Positions 29,294-46,160 of a stretch of DNA of 64,000 nucleotides are shown piece by piece (positions within the stretch are counted from its first letter, which is position 1; each line of letters starts with the position of its first letter). The DNA is from the human T2T-CHM13v2.0 reference genome, Homo sapiens. The stretch lies in the NCBI RefSeq assembly GCF_009914755.1, contig NC_060929.1, one strand, 5' to 3'. Under the pieces are notes generated by a model. The model worked only from the letters and a program-made list of their open reading frames with translations, was not told the DNA's origin and searched no databases. The translations under genes were made by a program, and so were the position numbers.

Positions 29294-30163
29294 TACTGAA
29301 TGTTCTTTTAACAAAAAATTGCGTCTTGGAAAGGGTAGTGGAAGGAGAGGCAGGTACTGGTCCAGAGTAGGAAGTGCGCAGATGTGAACTCCAGCAGCAG
29401 GCAAGAGCAGCGTGAGCTGAAAGGGCACAGGGAGAGTTTGGGGAGTGGGATGGGGGCAGGGAGTGTGCACCACAGCCTTTGGCAACTGGTGACTCTAAGC
29501 TGTGGGTGTGGAGACTTTTGACACATTTAATTTCAAAAATAGTGCAGGTGATTCTCCCCTCTGTCCCTGGTGAGTCACGTGAGCCTGGAGGTGTGCAGGT
29601 TCCCTGTGGGGCCAGCGTTGGGCCCTACGCAGCGCCTGCACGGCCCATCCACCTCCCAGAGCAGAGCTCCGGCGTTGAGGTGTGCGTGTGTGTCGTCGCA
29701 CAAAGCCTCTGTGTGCAGGTGTCAGGAGGCACATGGCCTTCCATCACTGTGGCTGGAAGCGCCTGCCACATGTGGTATTGGCTCTCCCTGTACTTAGGGC
29801 CTGGCCCCACCTGCCGTGTGGCCCGTGTCCTGCATGGTTAGGAAAAAGGTCTCTTTCGACTTTCTGGCTCAGAAGCTGACTTTAGATGCTAGCTGAGGTT
29901 AATGTTTTACTGAATTGGAGAAAGAGAAAGGTCCAGTATCATGGGCCCACCAAGAATGTTTCCAGAAGCCACAGAGATTTGTAGCTGGGATATGGGGAGA
30001 AGCCTCTGACTCATGGGTTTGTATCGTCTGGTCCCATACTGGCTGTGTGATTCCGGGGTCGAGCTGGGTAGAACCTAGCACCTGCATCCACACGCTGAGT
30101 GCCACCATCCAGACACTTAGCTGCTTGTGGGGACTGAACGTTGAGATCTTCGTGAGTCTGTAG

Positions 30164-30499
<336 letters not shown>

Positions 30500-30785
30500 T
30501 AGTGATCTGTGGCCTGCACCTCCGCCTCATCCTCAGCACCTCTGCAGCCCCACTTACAAACCCGAGGGAGCTGCTGCTGCTGCAGTGATGTCTGTGCCAT
30601 TAAAGTCACGCTGGGAACCTGCTAGAACTTTGTAGTTACTTGGTCTTTGTGAGTGGCCACTGTTCCCCCTAGACCCCTGCAGCCTTAACTGCACGTGTGC
30701 ATGCATGCTCCCCGACTGTCTGCCAGGAGCCAGGGCCATGGTCAGGCTTGGCCTGTTGCGCGTGTCTCCTGTGTGCTCATGGTGA

Positions 30786-30998
<213 letters not shown>

Positions 30999-31615
30999 TG
31001 AACCAAGAGGTTTTGTACATATTCCTACCTTTCCCTTTAGAGCATCCTGCCCTCCTCTGATTTCAGCGACACAAACAGAAGGATGAGATGTTCTCCACTG
31101 CAGGGCTGTCTGTAGGTGTGGGAGGTTAGGAGTTGGTTTTGTCCTATTATGTGTACCCTGAGCAATAGCGAGTAAGCTCTGCTAATGCAGTTCTGAAAAT
31201 GTTTTTCTTTAAGCAAACTCCAGAGCCAGGAATATTAATTGTAGGAGTTTCTAAAACTTAACATGCAGACCAGGAATTAAGGCAGGTGTGACACAGAGAG
31301 GGGGCAGCACTGGGTGTGTCCCTACTACTCACACTCAAGTGCCGCCTCAGGGAGTGCTGGTCTGAGAGGGGGGGGGGGTCATAGCCAAGATCCCTGTAGG
31401 AGCCAGGCAGAAGCCACCGTTGAAGTGGATGGTGTGGCAGGCAGCAGTGGGGGGGGGGGGGGGTGGGGACAGCTGACAGAAACTCCTCATTGTCACATGG
31501 CAGCCGTGTGTAAACCAAGGTCCGTGTGCACAACCTGCTGTGGGCCGCCGCTGTGTGTCTTCTCTGCCTTAGGGCAGGGGATGGCGAGCTATGGCCTATG
31601 GGCCAAGAGTAGTTC

Positions 31616-32904
31616 TTATTTTTATTTATTTATTTATTTATTTATTTTTATTGATCATTCTTGGGTGTTTCTCGCAGAGGGGGATTTGGCAGGGTCATAG
31701 GACAATAGTGGAGGGAAGGTCAGCAGATAAACAAGTGAACAAAGATCTCCGGTTTTCCTAGGCAGAGGACCCTGCGGCCTTCCGCAGCGTTTGTGTCCCT
31801 GGGTACTTAAGATTAGGGAGTGGTGATGACTCTTAAGGAGCATGCTGCCTTCAAGCATCTGTTTAACAAAGCACATCTTGTACCGCCCTTAATCCATTTA
31901 ACCCTGAGTGGACACAGCACATGTTTCAGAGAGCACGGGGTTGGGGGTAAGGTCACAGATCAACAGGATAAGAATTTTTCTTAGTACAGAACAAAATGAA
32001 AAGTCTCCCATGTCTACTTCTTTCCACACAGACACGGCAACCATCCGATTTCTCAATCTTTTCCCCACCTTTCCCCGCTTTCTATTCCACAAAGCCGCCA
32101 TTGTCATCATGGCCCGTTCTCAATGAGCTGTTGGGTACACCTCCCAGACGGGGTGGTGGCCGGGCAGAGGGGCTCCTCACTTCCCAGTAGGGGCGGCCGG
32201 GCAGAGGCGCCCCTCACATCCCGGACGGGGTGGCTGCCGGGCGGAGGGTCTCCTCACTTCTCAGACGGGGCGGCCGGGCAGAGACGCTCCTCACCTCCCG
32301 GATGGGGTCGCGGCCAGGCAGAGGTGCTCCTCACATCCCAGACAGGGCAGCGGGGCAGAGGCGCTCCCCACATCTCAGACGATGGGTGGCCGGGCAGAGA
32401 CGCTCCTCACTTTCCAGACTGGGCAGCCAGGCAGAGGGGCTCCTCACATCCCAGACGATGGGCGGCCAGGCAGAGACGCTCCTCACTTCCCAGACGGGGT
32501 GGCGGCCGGGCAGAGGCTGCAATCTCGGCACTTTGGGAGGCTAAGGCAGGCGGCTGGGAGGTGGAGGTTGTAGCGAGCCGAGATCACGCCACTGCACTCC
32601 AGCCTGGGCACCATTGAGCACTGAGTGAACCAGACTCCGTCTGCAATCCCGGCACCTCGGGAGGCCGAGGCTGGCGGATCACTCGTGGTTAGGAGCTGGA
32701 GACCAGCCCGGCCAACACAGCGAAACCCCGTCTCCACCAAAAAAACACGAAAACCAGTCAGTCGTGGCGGCGCGCACCTGCAATCGCAGGCACTCGGCAG
32801 GCTGAGGCAAGAGAATCAGGCAGGGAGGTTGCAGTGAGCCGAGATGGCAGCAGTACAGTCCAGCTTTGGCTCGGCATCAGAGGGAGACCGTGGAGGGAGA
32901 GGGA
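31616..32904 (-). mobile_element. SVA retrotransposon (antisense, SQSTM1 intron 7)
   Basis: Reading on plus: T-rich tail, SINE-R (ATTGATCATTCTTGGGTGTTTCTCGCAGAGGGGG...), GC-rich VNTR (about 32140-32515), Alu-like domain, short hexamer remnant (GGAGGGAGAGGG). Confidence 0.95.
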
Positions 32905-32907
32905 AAG

Positions 32908-33173
32908 CTATATCATTCTTATGTCTTTGCATCATCATAGCTTGGCATCTACTCATAAGTGAGAACATATGATATTTGGTATCCATTCCTGAATTACTTT
33001 ACTTAGGATAATGGCCTCCAGCTCCGTCCAAGTTGCTGCAAAAGGTATTATTTCGTTCCTTTTTGTGGCTGAGTAGTATTCCATGGTGTATATATACCAC
33101 ATTTTCTTTATCCACTCATTGCTTGATGGGCAGTTAGGTTGGTTCCACATCTTTGCAATTGTGAGTTGTGCTG
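32908..33173 (-). mobile_element. Old L1 (L1PB/L1MA-like) 3' fragment
   Basis: Translates to ...IAKMWNQPNCPSSNEWIKKMWYIYTMEYYSATKRNE..., an L1 ORF2 C-terminal remnant. Confidence 0.85.
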
Positions 33174-33372
33174 CTCCAGATATCATCTTTAACTCCTTTG
33201 CCTTCTCCACATACATTTCCAAGTCCTGTTCATTCTACCTCCAAAATGTATCTTGTATCCATTCATCTCTCTCCATCTTCAATCTATTTCAATGCCCCAT
33301 CATCTCTTGCATGGAGGAGTGTAATAATTGGCTAACTGGCCTGTTCTTACATTTTAAAATCAAAAGATGTGA

Positions 33373-33804
<432 letters not shown>

Positions 33805-34438
33805 CCACTTTTGCCCACCTCTTCTGCGTGCCCCTCTTCTGTCTCATAGTTGTGTTAAGCTTGCGTAGAATTGCAGGTCTCTGTACGGGCCAGTTTCTCT
33901 GCCTTCTTCCAGGATCAGGGGTTAGGGTGCAAGAAGCCATTTAGGGCAGCAAAACAAGTGACATGAAGGGAGGGTCCCTGTGTGTGTGTGTGCTGATGTT
34001 TCCTGGGTGCCCTGGCTCCTTGCAGCAGGGCTGGGCCTGCGAGACCCAAGGCTCACTGCAGCGCGCTCCTGACCCCTCCCTGCAGGGGCTACGTTAGCAG
34101 CCCAGCACATAGCTTGCCTAATGGCTTTCACTTTCTCTTTTGTTTTAAATGACTCATAGGTCCCTGACATTTAGTTGATTATTTTCTGCTACAGACCTGG
34201 TACACTCTGATTTTAGATAAAGTAAGCCTAGGTGTTGTCAGCAGGCAGGCTGGGGAGGCCAGTGTTGTGGGCTTCCTGCTGGGACTGAGAAGGCTCACGA
34301 AGGGCATCCGCAATGTTGGTTTCACTGAGAGCTGCCTCCTGGTCTCTTCACCACTGTAGTTCTCTCATTTCCAAACCATCAGCTGCTTTTAAAATAAGAT
34401 CTCTTTGTAGCCATCCTGTTAAATTTGTAAACAATCTA

Positions 34439-34444
34439 ATTAAA
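34439..34444 (+). terminator. Proximal SQSTM1 polyadenylation signal (ATTAAA)
   Basis: ATTAAA in an AT-rich 3' UTR segment about 635 nt after the stop. Confidence 0.6.
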
Positions 34445-34500
34445 TGGCATCAGCACTTTAACCAATGACGTTTGCATAGAGAGAAATGATTGACAGTAAG

Positions 34501-34506
34501 TTTATT
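34501..34506 (-). terminator. MRNIP polyadenylation signal
   Basis: TTTATT (AATAAA on minus) about 95 nt past the MRNIP stop. Confidence 0.7.
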
Positions 34507-34601
34507 GTTAATGGTTCTTACAGAGTATCTTTAAAAGTGCCTTAGGGGAACCCTGTCCCTCCTAACAAGTGTATCTCGATTAATAACCTGCCAGTCCCAG
34601 A

Positions 34602-35096
34602 TCACACATCATCATCGAAGTCTTCCCCAGTTATAAAGAGGTCACATAGTCGTGTGGGTCGAGGATTCTGTGCCTCCAGGACCAGGGGCCCACCCTCTGC
34701 CCAGGGAGTCCTTGCGTCCCATGAGGTCTTCCCGCAAGGCCTCTCAGACCCAGATGTGACGGGGTGTGTGGCCCGAGGAAGCTGGACAGCGGCAGTGGGC
34801 CTGCTGAGGCCTTCTCTTGAGGCCTGTGCTCTGGGGGTCCCTTGCTTAGCCTGTGCTGGACCAGCTGGCCTGGGGTCCCTCTGAAGAGACCTTGGCTGCT
34901 CACTGTCCACATGTGAACTTTTTCTAGGTGGCAGGACAAATCGCGCCCATTTAGAGGATGTGGCTGTAACCTGCTGGATGGGACTCCATAGCTCCTTCCC
35001 AGGACCCCTCAGCTCCCCGGCACTGCAGTCTGCAGAGTTCTCCTGGAGGCAGGGGCTGCTGCCTTGTTTCACCTTCCATGTCAGGCCAGCCTGTCC
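34602..35096 (-). CDS. MRNIP: MRNIP exon 7 coding part (last)
   Basis: GQAGLTWKVKQGSSPCLQENSADCS...TGEDFDDDV*; acceptor TTTCAG|; 495 nt. Confidence 0.92.
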   Translation of the reverse strand, partial: GQAGLTWKVKQGSSPCLQENSADCSAGELRGPGKELWSPIQQVTATSSKWARFVLPPRKSSHVDSEQPRSLQRDPRPAGPAQAKQGTPRAQASREGLSRPTAAVQLPRATHPVTSGSERPCGKTSWDARTPWAEGGPLVLEAQNPRPTRLCDLFITGEDFDDDV

Positions 35097-35262
35097 CTGA
35101 AAGAGAAGATGGCCATGCCCTCCATTTGTAAGAACAATGCCAGGGCCCAGGAGGACCGCCTGCCCTGCCTGGGCCTTGGCTGGGCCTCTGGTTCTGACAC
35201 TTTCTGCTGGAAGCTGTCAGGCTGGGACAGGCTTTGATTTTGAGGGTTAGCAAGACAAAGCA

Positions 35263-35268
35263 AATAAA
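35263..35268 (+). terminator. Distal SQSTM1 polyadenylation signal (AATAAA)
   Basis: First canonical AATAAA I found downstream of the stop on the plus strand. Confidence 0.6.
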
Positions 35269-35282
35269 TGCCTTCCACCTCA

Positions 35283-37640
<2,358 letters not shown>

Positions 37641-38083
37641 GACAACACCCTAAGTGAAGAGTGCCTCACATACAAGAGTCCACAGCAGGGCAAATGCGAG
37701 TGTGGAGGGAAGCATCTCCCAGGATTCAGGGCGGCCCGCTGACGACTCCTGCCCGGACAAAGGTCCCCGTGCTCCACGCAGAATGAGACGATGGCCCTGA
37801 CCCATCGTCAGGTTGACCTGCTGGCCAACCTCAGTTTCTCCAAGGGTCACAATGCTCTTTGGTCCTGAGTTACCCTCATGGGAGACGAGAGGCATGGGAG
37901 GGAAAAGGGGGTACAGACCCGAGGAAGGAGTTGGCTTCAGACAGAAAAGACAAGAAACCCGGGTGGGAAGATGGGCTTTCTGCGGGTAGGAATCGCACAC
38001 TTCGTCAACTGTGACAAAAGACAGAATTATCACACACACGCTCAGTGGTCACTGGGACCAGAGAGAAACTGTTTGTCACTGAC

Positions 38084-38171
38084 CTTCTGGGGTCCCCAGG
38101 CGACCTCAGAGCCACCCGAGTCCTGCACGCCACGGCTGCACGGAGGCTGGACGGTGCTCCCGCTCCACTTC
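38084..38171 (-). CDS. MRNIP: MRNIP exon 6
   Basis: (R)KWSGSTVQPPCSRGVQDSGGSEVAWGPQK; 88 nt; AG/GT; phase fits its neighbours. Confidence 0.88.
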
Positions 38172-39118
38172 CTGTCAGGACAGGACCGTCAGTAGTCCCG
38201 TGCTACTCTCCAGTGGCACCCCGAGCCTGACTCCACGATCACATGGCCCACAGGCTCGGGTGGCCACCTGCTTGTTCCTACGGCTTCCCAGGCAGCTGCT
38301 CAGGGTGTCCAGCCACCGCCCAGGCCCCACTCCCCTGCTTCACAGCTTCTAGGTGCTAGAAAGTTTTGTTTTTATTTCAGTCAGGGTCTCACCGGCACCC
38401 AGGCTGGAGTGCAATGGCTCACTGCCGCCTTGACCTCCTGGGCTCAGGTGATCCTCCTGCCTCAGCCTCCCAAGTAGCTGGGACCACAGGCATGCACCAC
38501 CATGCCCCATGAATTTGTTTTAAAAAATCTGTTGTACAGATAGGGTCTCCCTATGTTGCCCGGACTGGAGGATCAAATGATCCTCCTGCCTCAGCCTCCC
38601 AAAGTGCTGGGATTACAGGTGTGAGCCACTGTACCCGGATGAAGGTTCTGGTTTGAAAGCAGAATCTACCTCCTGAAAGCACCTGCCCTCTAAGAGCCTC
38701 CCTAGATCCTTAACCTAAAGCAGTCTCTCCAAAAATCTCACTGAAATGCCTGAAGCAGAAGAAAACTTCCTTCAAGTCTGAGGCCTCTGCTTCTCTGAGC
38801 TAAAAGCTCTTAGGCCTGCCAGCTACTCCGACCTCTCCCCTGGGGTCAGTACAGTCTGAGATGTTCAGAATTAAGTGGGCATCATAAAGGGTGTGCACAC
38901 GGGTGTCCTGCCCAGCCTTCGCCTCTGCACCAGCAGTGCCCAATGCCCAGGTGGGCTGTGGGGCCAGCAGTGGCAGCAGCTGCCCGATTTCCCACCTGCT
39001 GGCACTTGCCACCTAGGCTTCCCGCGCTTGGCTGACGCTCACAGTGGCTCACTGGTGCCCCACTGCTGGAGGCAGCAGAGGCCCTGGGCCAGGGCTGGAA
39101 CGGAGACGCACTTGGTAC

Positions 39119-39276
39119 CTTTTTCTAGGCAGGTCTTGACTGAAGCGGGGGCCTGGCTCCTCCATTTTGGATGAAGGCTGTTTGCTGAAACACACTCCTG
39201 TTCCTTCCAGCTCCAGTTCTTGGGAGTCCTTTTCTAGATACTTCAGCCAGCGACTCTCTGAGGGCTGCGATTTTTC
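39119..39276 (-). CDS. MRNIP: MRNIP exon 5
   Basis: EKSQPSESRWLKYLEKDSQELELEGTG...QDLPRK(R); 158 nt; AG/GT. Confidence 0.9.
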
Positions 39277-40043
39277 CTGCCAGATTGAGAAAAAAGTTGA
39301 TTCTCAGTACTGGAAACCAGGCAGTTTTATCGAAAACCCCTAGCCCAACTCTTGGGCCTGAGGATCTCAGGAGTCATGTCCAGCTCCACTCTAGGAAAGG
39401 CACCGGCTGGAAGGTGATGGACGCCAATACTATGCAATGCTGGCAGGACAGTGCTCACTGGCACAGGCCTCGGGAAGGCGGCAGGGCACGGCCCACCAAG
39501 AGACTCATGAAAGTCTATGCTCCCTGGCCCAGTGATTCCACACAGAGAAGGCAGAGGTGCCAGTCCCAGTCTTATAAAAAATAGCAAATTTCATTTATAA
39601 GAACAGAAGTAGCCGGGCGCGGTGGCTCACACCTGTAATCCCAGCACCTTGGGAGGCCGAGGCTGGCGGATCACAAGGTCAGGAGATCGAGACCACCCTG
39701 GCCAATACGGTGAAACCCCGTCTCTACTAAAAAAAAAACAACAACAAAAAAAAAACAAAAAATTAGCTGGGCGTGATGGCAGGCACCTGTAGTCCCAGCT
39801 ACTCAGGAGGCTGAGGCAGGAGAATGGTGTGAACCCGGGAGGCGGGGCCTGCAGTGAGCCGAGATGGTGCCATTACACTCCAGCCTGGGGGGCAGAGCGA
39901 GACTCCGTCTCAAAAAAAAAAAAAAAAAAAAAAAAAGAACAGAGGGGTGGAAACATGGCCAGGCGCGGTGGCTCACACCTGTAACCCTAGCACCGTGGGA
40001 GGCTGAGGCGGGCGGGTCACCTGAGCTCAGGAGTTCAAGACTA

Positions 40044-40511
<468 letters not shown>

Positions 40512-41367
40512 CTATACCGCAGCACAGAAGAATGATACAACTCAAAACTAGGATGCAAAAAAGTATTTCTGATGAGAATGATATAAAATTAAGTCTGTAA
40601 ATGGACTGAATTGGAAGCACAGGCACAGGTACCAGAAGAGCATCTTCCTCTGCTTATAACAAAGTGTGAGTCTGGCCAGGTGCAGTGGTTCATGCCTGTA
40701 ATCCCAGTACTTTGGGAGCTGAGGTGGGAAGATGGCCTGAGCCCAGGAGTTTGAGACCAGCCTAGACAACACAGGGAGACCCTGCCTCTACAAAAAAGAA
40801 AAAAAATTAGCTGGGCGTGGTAGGGCACACTTGTAGTCCCAGTTACTCAGGAGCCTGAGGTGGGAGGATCACTTCAGCCCAGGAAGTCAAGGCTGCAGAG
40901 AACCATGATCGCGCCACTGCATTCCAGCCTGGGCGACAGAGTGAGACCTCGTTTCAGAGAAAAAAAACAAAACAAAACAAAACAACAGCTTGCAGTCTGG
41001 AACAAGGAAAGATGGAAACCCAGGTGTTTCACCCCATTATTCTTTCCCTCTCAGAGGTATGCCCAGAGTGCTGTGGGAGCAAAGTGGAAGCAGTATAAGG
41101 TGATATTTGAGCTACATTCAGGAGTTCTCCAAGCAGACAGAGGAGAGAGTCCTTTGCAGGGTATTGTAATGCTTGGTACACATGGCTGCCTCCATCCTTA
41201 CAAAAGGTACAGGTTTATTTATTTTTGTGTTCCCTGCAGCTTTAAGCCAACTGCCTGTCATTGGGTGGCATCAACACACATTTGCTATAATGACTACTGG
41301 ATACATCTGTGCATTCATCCCTTCCCTGACACAGAGCCAGCCTGGGGCAGGTGGGCCTGAGGCTTAC

Positions 41368-41443
41368 CTGCTGCTTCACATTCCCAGCCTGCTGGTGTCC
41401 CACGTTTTCTTCTTCACTGGCACTGACAGTTTCTTCTAGAGAC
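41368..41443 (-). CDS. MRNIP: MRNIP exon 4
   Basis: (R)SLEETVSASEEENVGHQQAGNVKQQ; 76 nt; donor CAG|GTAAGC. Confidence 0.9.
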
Positions 41444-42838
41444 CTTCAGGGAAGACCATACATATGCCCTTTGAAAAATGACCAGGGGCTGGGCACAGTG
41501 GCTCACTCCTGTAATCCCAGCACTTTGGGAGGCTGAGGCAGGTGGATCACCTGAGGTCAGGAGTTCGAGACAAGTCTGACGAACACGGTGGTGCATACCT
41601 ATATTCCCAGCTACTCAGGAGGCTGAGGCAGATAATGTTTGAACCCGGAAGGCAGAGGCTGCAGTGAGCCAAGATTGCTGGAAGATGGAATCACATGACA
41701 ATGGAGATAAGTTGCAGCTTCAACCTCCCTGGGCTCAGGTGGATCCTCCCACCTCAGCCTCCTGAGTATCTGGGACCACAGGCACGCACCACTACGCCTG
41801 CCCTTTTTTTTTCTTCTTTTTATTGTAGAGACGGTTTTGCCATCTTGCCCAGGCTAGTCTCAAATTCCTGGGCTCAAGTGATCTACCCACCTCGGCCTCC
41901 CAAAGTGCTGGGATTACAAGCGTGAAGTACGCATCCAGCTGGTATTTGATTTTAAAAATCATTTTTCCAATTGTCCACTGCATATATATAGAAATACAAT
42001 TTAATTTTGTATGTTGACCTTGTATTCTTGTGATCTTGCTAAATTATTAGTTCTAGTAGCTTTTTTGTAGATTCATTAGGATTTTCTACATACACAATCA
42101 TGCTATTTGCAAATAAAATAATGCTTTTATCCAGTTTGGGATTTACTGTGTTTCCTTAATCTAAAAATGTTATGTCTTTGATTCTGGAAAATGCTGTGCT
42201 CTTATCTCTTCAGTTATTGCTTTTGCCCCATTCTCTTAATTATCTTTTGCTAGAACTCTCCTCTGTAACCTCCACGTCTCTCAACTTTCCCTTATATTTT
42301 CTACTTTTCCATTTTTCTGTGTTGCACTGTGAATAATTTTCTAGATTTATCTTCCATTTCACTAATTCTCTCTTCAGCTGCATTTAATCTGTTTAACGTG
42401 TCCACTGAATTTTTAATTTCTTCTTTTTTTTTTGAGATGGAGTCTCACTCTGTCACCCAGGCTGGTGTGCAGTGGCACAATCTTGGCTCACTGCAACCTC
42501 CGCCTCCTGGGTTCAAGTGATTTCCAGCTAATTTTTGTATTTTTAGTAGAGATGGGGTTTCACTATGTTGGCCAGGCTGGTCATGAACTCCTGACCTCAA
42601 GTGATCTGCCTGCCTTGGCCTCCCAAATTGCTAGGATTACAGGCATGAGCCACTGCACCCGGCCTGAAATGAATTTTTAATTTCAATGATTATACTTTTA
42701 AGTTCTACAATCTCTTTTATTTTTTAAAGACAGAGTCTCACTCTGGTGCAGGCCTCACTTGAGCCTGGGAGGCGGAGGTTGGCTAACTGCAACCTCTGCC
42801 TCCCAGGCTCAAGCGATTCTTATGCCTCAGCCTCCTGA

Positions 42839-43284
<446 letters not shown>

Positions 43285-43452
43285 ATACACCTATTTTTTG
43301 AAGGCCCTCATCTTATCACCCACTTCTTTTATTGGATTAAATATATTAAACATGCAATATCATGTATTCTGAAGTCTTTATGGGTCTGACTTTTCTGACT
43401 GTTGATCTTTTGCTCCTGGTGGTGTATTTCCTTGAATGTTAAATGATTTTAA

Positions 43453-43733
<281 letters not shown>

Positions 43734-44366
43734 TGATCCATCTGCCCCGGCCTCCCAGTGTGCTGGGATTACAGGGGTGAGCCACCACACCCGGCCTCTG
43801 TGGGAACTTTAAGGCCCAGCAATTGAAGATATATTGCTGCAAAGAGGAGCTCCATTTACCTCTGCTTCCTGGGACAATTAAAACATAAATTTTCTGCTTG
43901 AGGCTTTTCACACAGGGTATGTAAAAGGCTGAAAAACCATGCAACTACTTCCTTTTATTTCCAAAATCTTAGAGATATTTCCCCCTCTTCAGCCATTGCC
44001 AAGGTCAATACAGGCAAGCTGCCTGTTGCAGAGTGAATCTAGTTCATTTGTACACCGAGGGTGTAGTCCTCCGGGAGCTCAGTTTTGTTAGGAGGTGTCC
44101 TACTGGTCCGCCCACACTGCCGTAGGTTTTGTCTTCTGAGGGCCTCCTGCCCCTCTCCCAGCCGTCGAAATGGAGGCTCCAGAGCACCGGGCTTCAATCA
44201 CCCCAGCAGCTCAGGTGCTTCCTCTCTGGATTTTGGCTTCTACATTTTTTTTTAAGCCAGTTAAACTTAGCAGTGGAGAGTTGTATACCAACGTTAGTGA
44301 CACTAATGTTAATCAGTTCTCATAACCCACCACCATCAGACCCGCTTCTTCATTTTTGACCTCTGA

Positions 44367-44513
<147 letters not shown>

Positions 44514-45195
44514 TAGCTGGGATCACAGGCATGCAACATCATGCCAGGCTAATTTTTTTGTATTTTTAATATACACGGGGTTTCACCATGCTGGCCAGGC
44601 TGGTCTCGAACTCCTGACCTCGTGATCTGCCCGCCTTGGCCTCCTAAAGTGCTGGGACTACAAGCATGAGCCACTGCGCCTGGCCGAGAGTTACTTTCTT
44701 GTCAGCTCATCAGTGCATTTAAAATAGCTAGCATTTTTAGTTATTTTCAGTGGGAGAATTGCTCAGGGTGTTTGACTGCCATATTGTAAGACGTGGAAGT
44801 CTAAGGGACTTCTCCACTGACCCAGGCCCAGTGGGGTCTGTCCTACCAGGGCCTCTCTGGTGAGCCAGCCACAAACAAGAACAGCTGTGTCAAGAGCCTT
44901 CAGCTCTGGAGGCACAGAGCAATGGCCTGCCAGCTTTAAAAACCACAGGTCTGGACCTCATCACAGGTAATCAGGTGAGAATCTCCTCGGGTGAAGCTCA
45001 GCCCCAGTATTCTAAACATCCCCGGGGTCGGTTCTGAGGGCAGCTGCTGACCTCAGATGGCAAAGTGACAGCAGGGACCTGGGGCAGGTCCAGCCACAGC
45101 AGAGTGCCCAGCTCAGGATTTCCACTGTGTACTTCTATTATCCAGTCAAGACGAAAACAGGGCAAGACAACCACGCTCTTCTCAAACAACTGTAC

Positions 45196-45284
45196 CTGAG
45201 TGGCAGCTCTGAAACTTGTCCCTGTAGTAGATTTAACTTTTGGACATGGCGTCTACAATCAGCACCAGAGCCTTCACCATAAGC
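45196..45284 (-). CDS. MRNIP: MRNIP exon 3
   Basis: AYGEGSGADCRRHVQKLNLLQGQVSELPL(R); 89 nt; AG/GT. Confidence 0.93.
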
Positions 45285-45714
45285 CTGAGAAACCAAAAAA
45301 TATATTACATTGAAAAAGTGCTGGCAGAATGCTGAGAAACAGATCCATTTGAGATGCACCTCAGGGAGGACAAAGCTGTATTCTGCAAGGCCCAAAGACC
45401 CCTAAAGCAGCATGCAGGAATCCTAATGACTGACGGCTGTCTCTAGAATGATTTACAAACCAACAGTCTCCGGAACTAATAGTTTACATCTATGTGGCTG
45501 TCCCACAATCACCCTGAACTCTACCTACTGAAGCCAAACTCAACCCAAAGCCCTACACAAAATGGTTAGTGCACATGAGTAAAAAGGTCACAAGAGAAGT
45601 AACACATATTGCCATATTGTATAACATACTGCCAAAAAATATATGAAATGATACTTACCTTCACTGATAATCAAAGGAATACAAAATAAAATACATTTTT
45701 TCCCACTTACCAGT

Positions 45715-46160
45715 CACAAATTCATCCAACAAATATTTATTGAATACCAACTGTGTGCCAGGCCTCATCTTGGGGTAGACAATACAGGAATGGACAAGAC
45801 TCCCTGTCATCATGGAACTCACATTCAAGTGAGAAGAGACAGGAAAGAAACAAGTGAGCCATATAACCTATCAGATGCTAGTAAGTGCTCCTGAGAAAGA
45901 CAAGGCCAGGAAAGAGGTCGTACATAAGAGCATACCGTTTTACATAAGGTGTTCAAAATGGTCAAGAAATGCATCTCTAAGAAGGTAACGTTTGAGCACA
46001 AACAGGAAGATATGAAGAAGCAACCCACATGGCTGTCTAGGGGAAGAACATTCCAGCAGAAGCAATACATGAGAATGAGTGTGAAGACCCTGAGCCTGAA
46101 ATTTTGGAGGAACAGCAAAGAGGCCAGCATCGCTGGAGCTGAGGGGTCTAAGGGGAAGAC
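45715..46160 (-). mobile_element. L2 3' end fragment
   Basis: TTCATCCAACAAATATTTATTGAATACCAACTGTGTGCCAGGC... is the typical reversed L2 3' terminus. Confidence 0.7.

Noticed and set aside
31655-32837. ORFs inside SQSTM1 intron 7
   Set aside because: They are translations of SVA SINE-R, VNTR and Alu-like domains.
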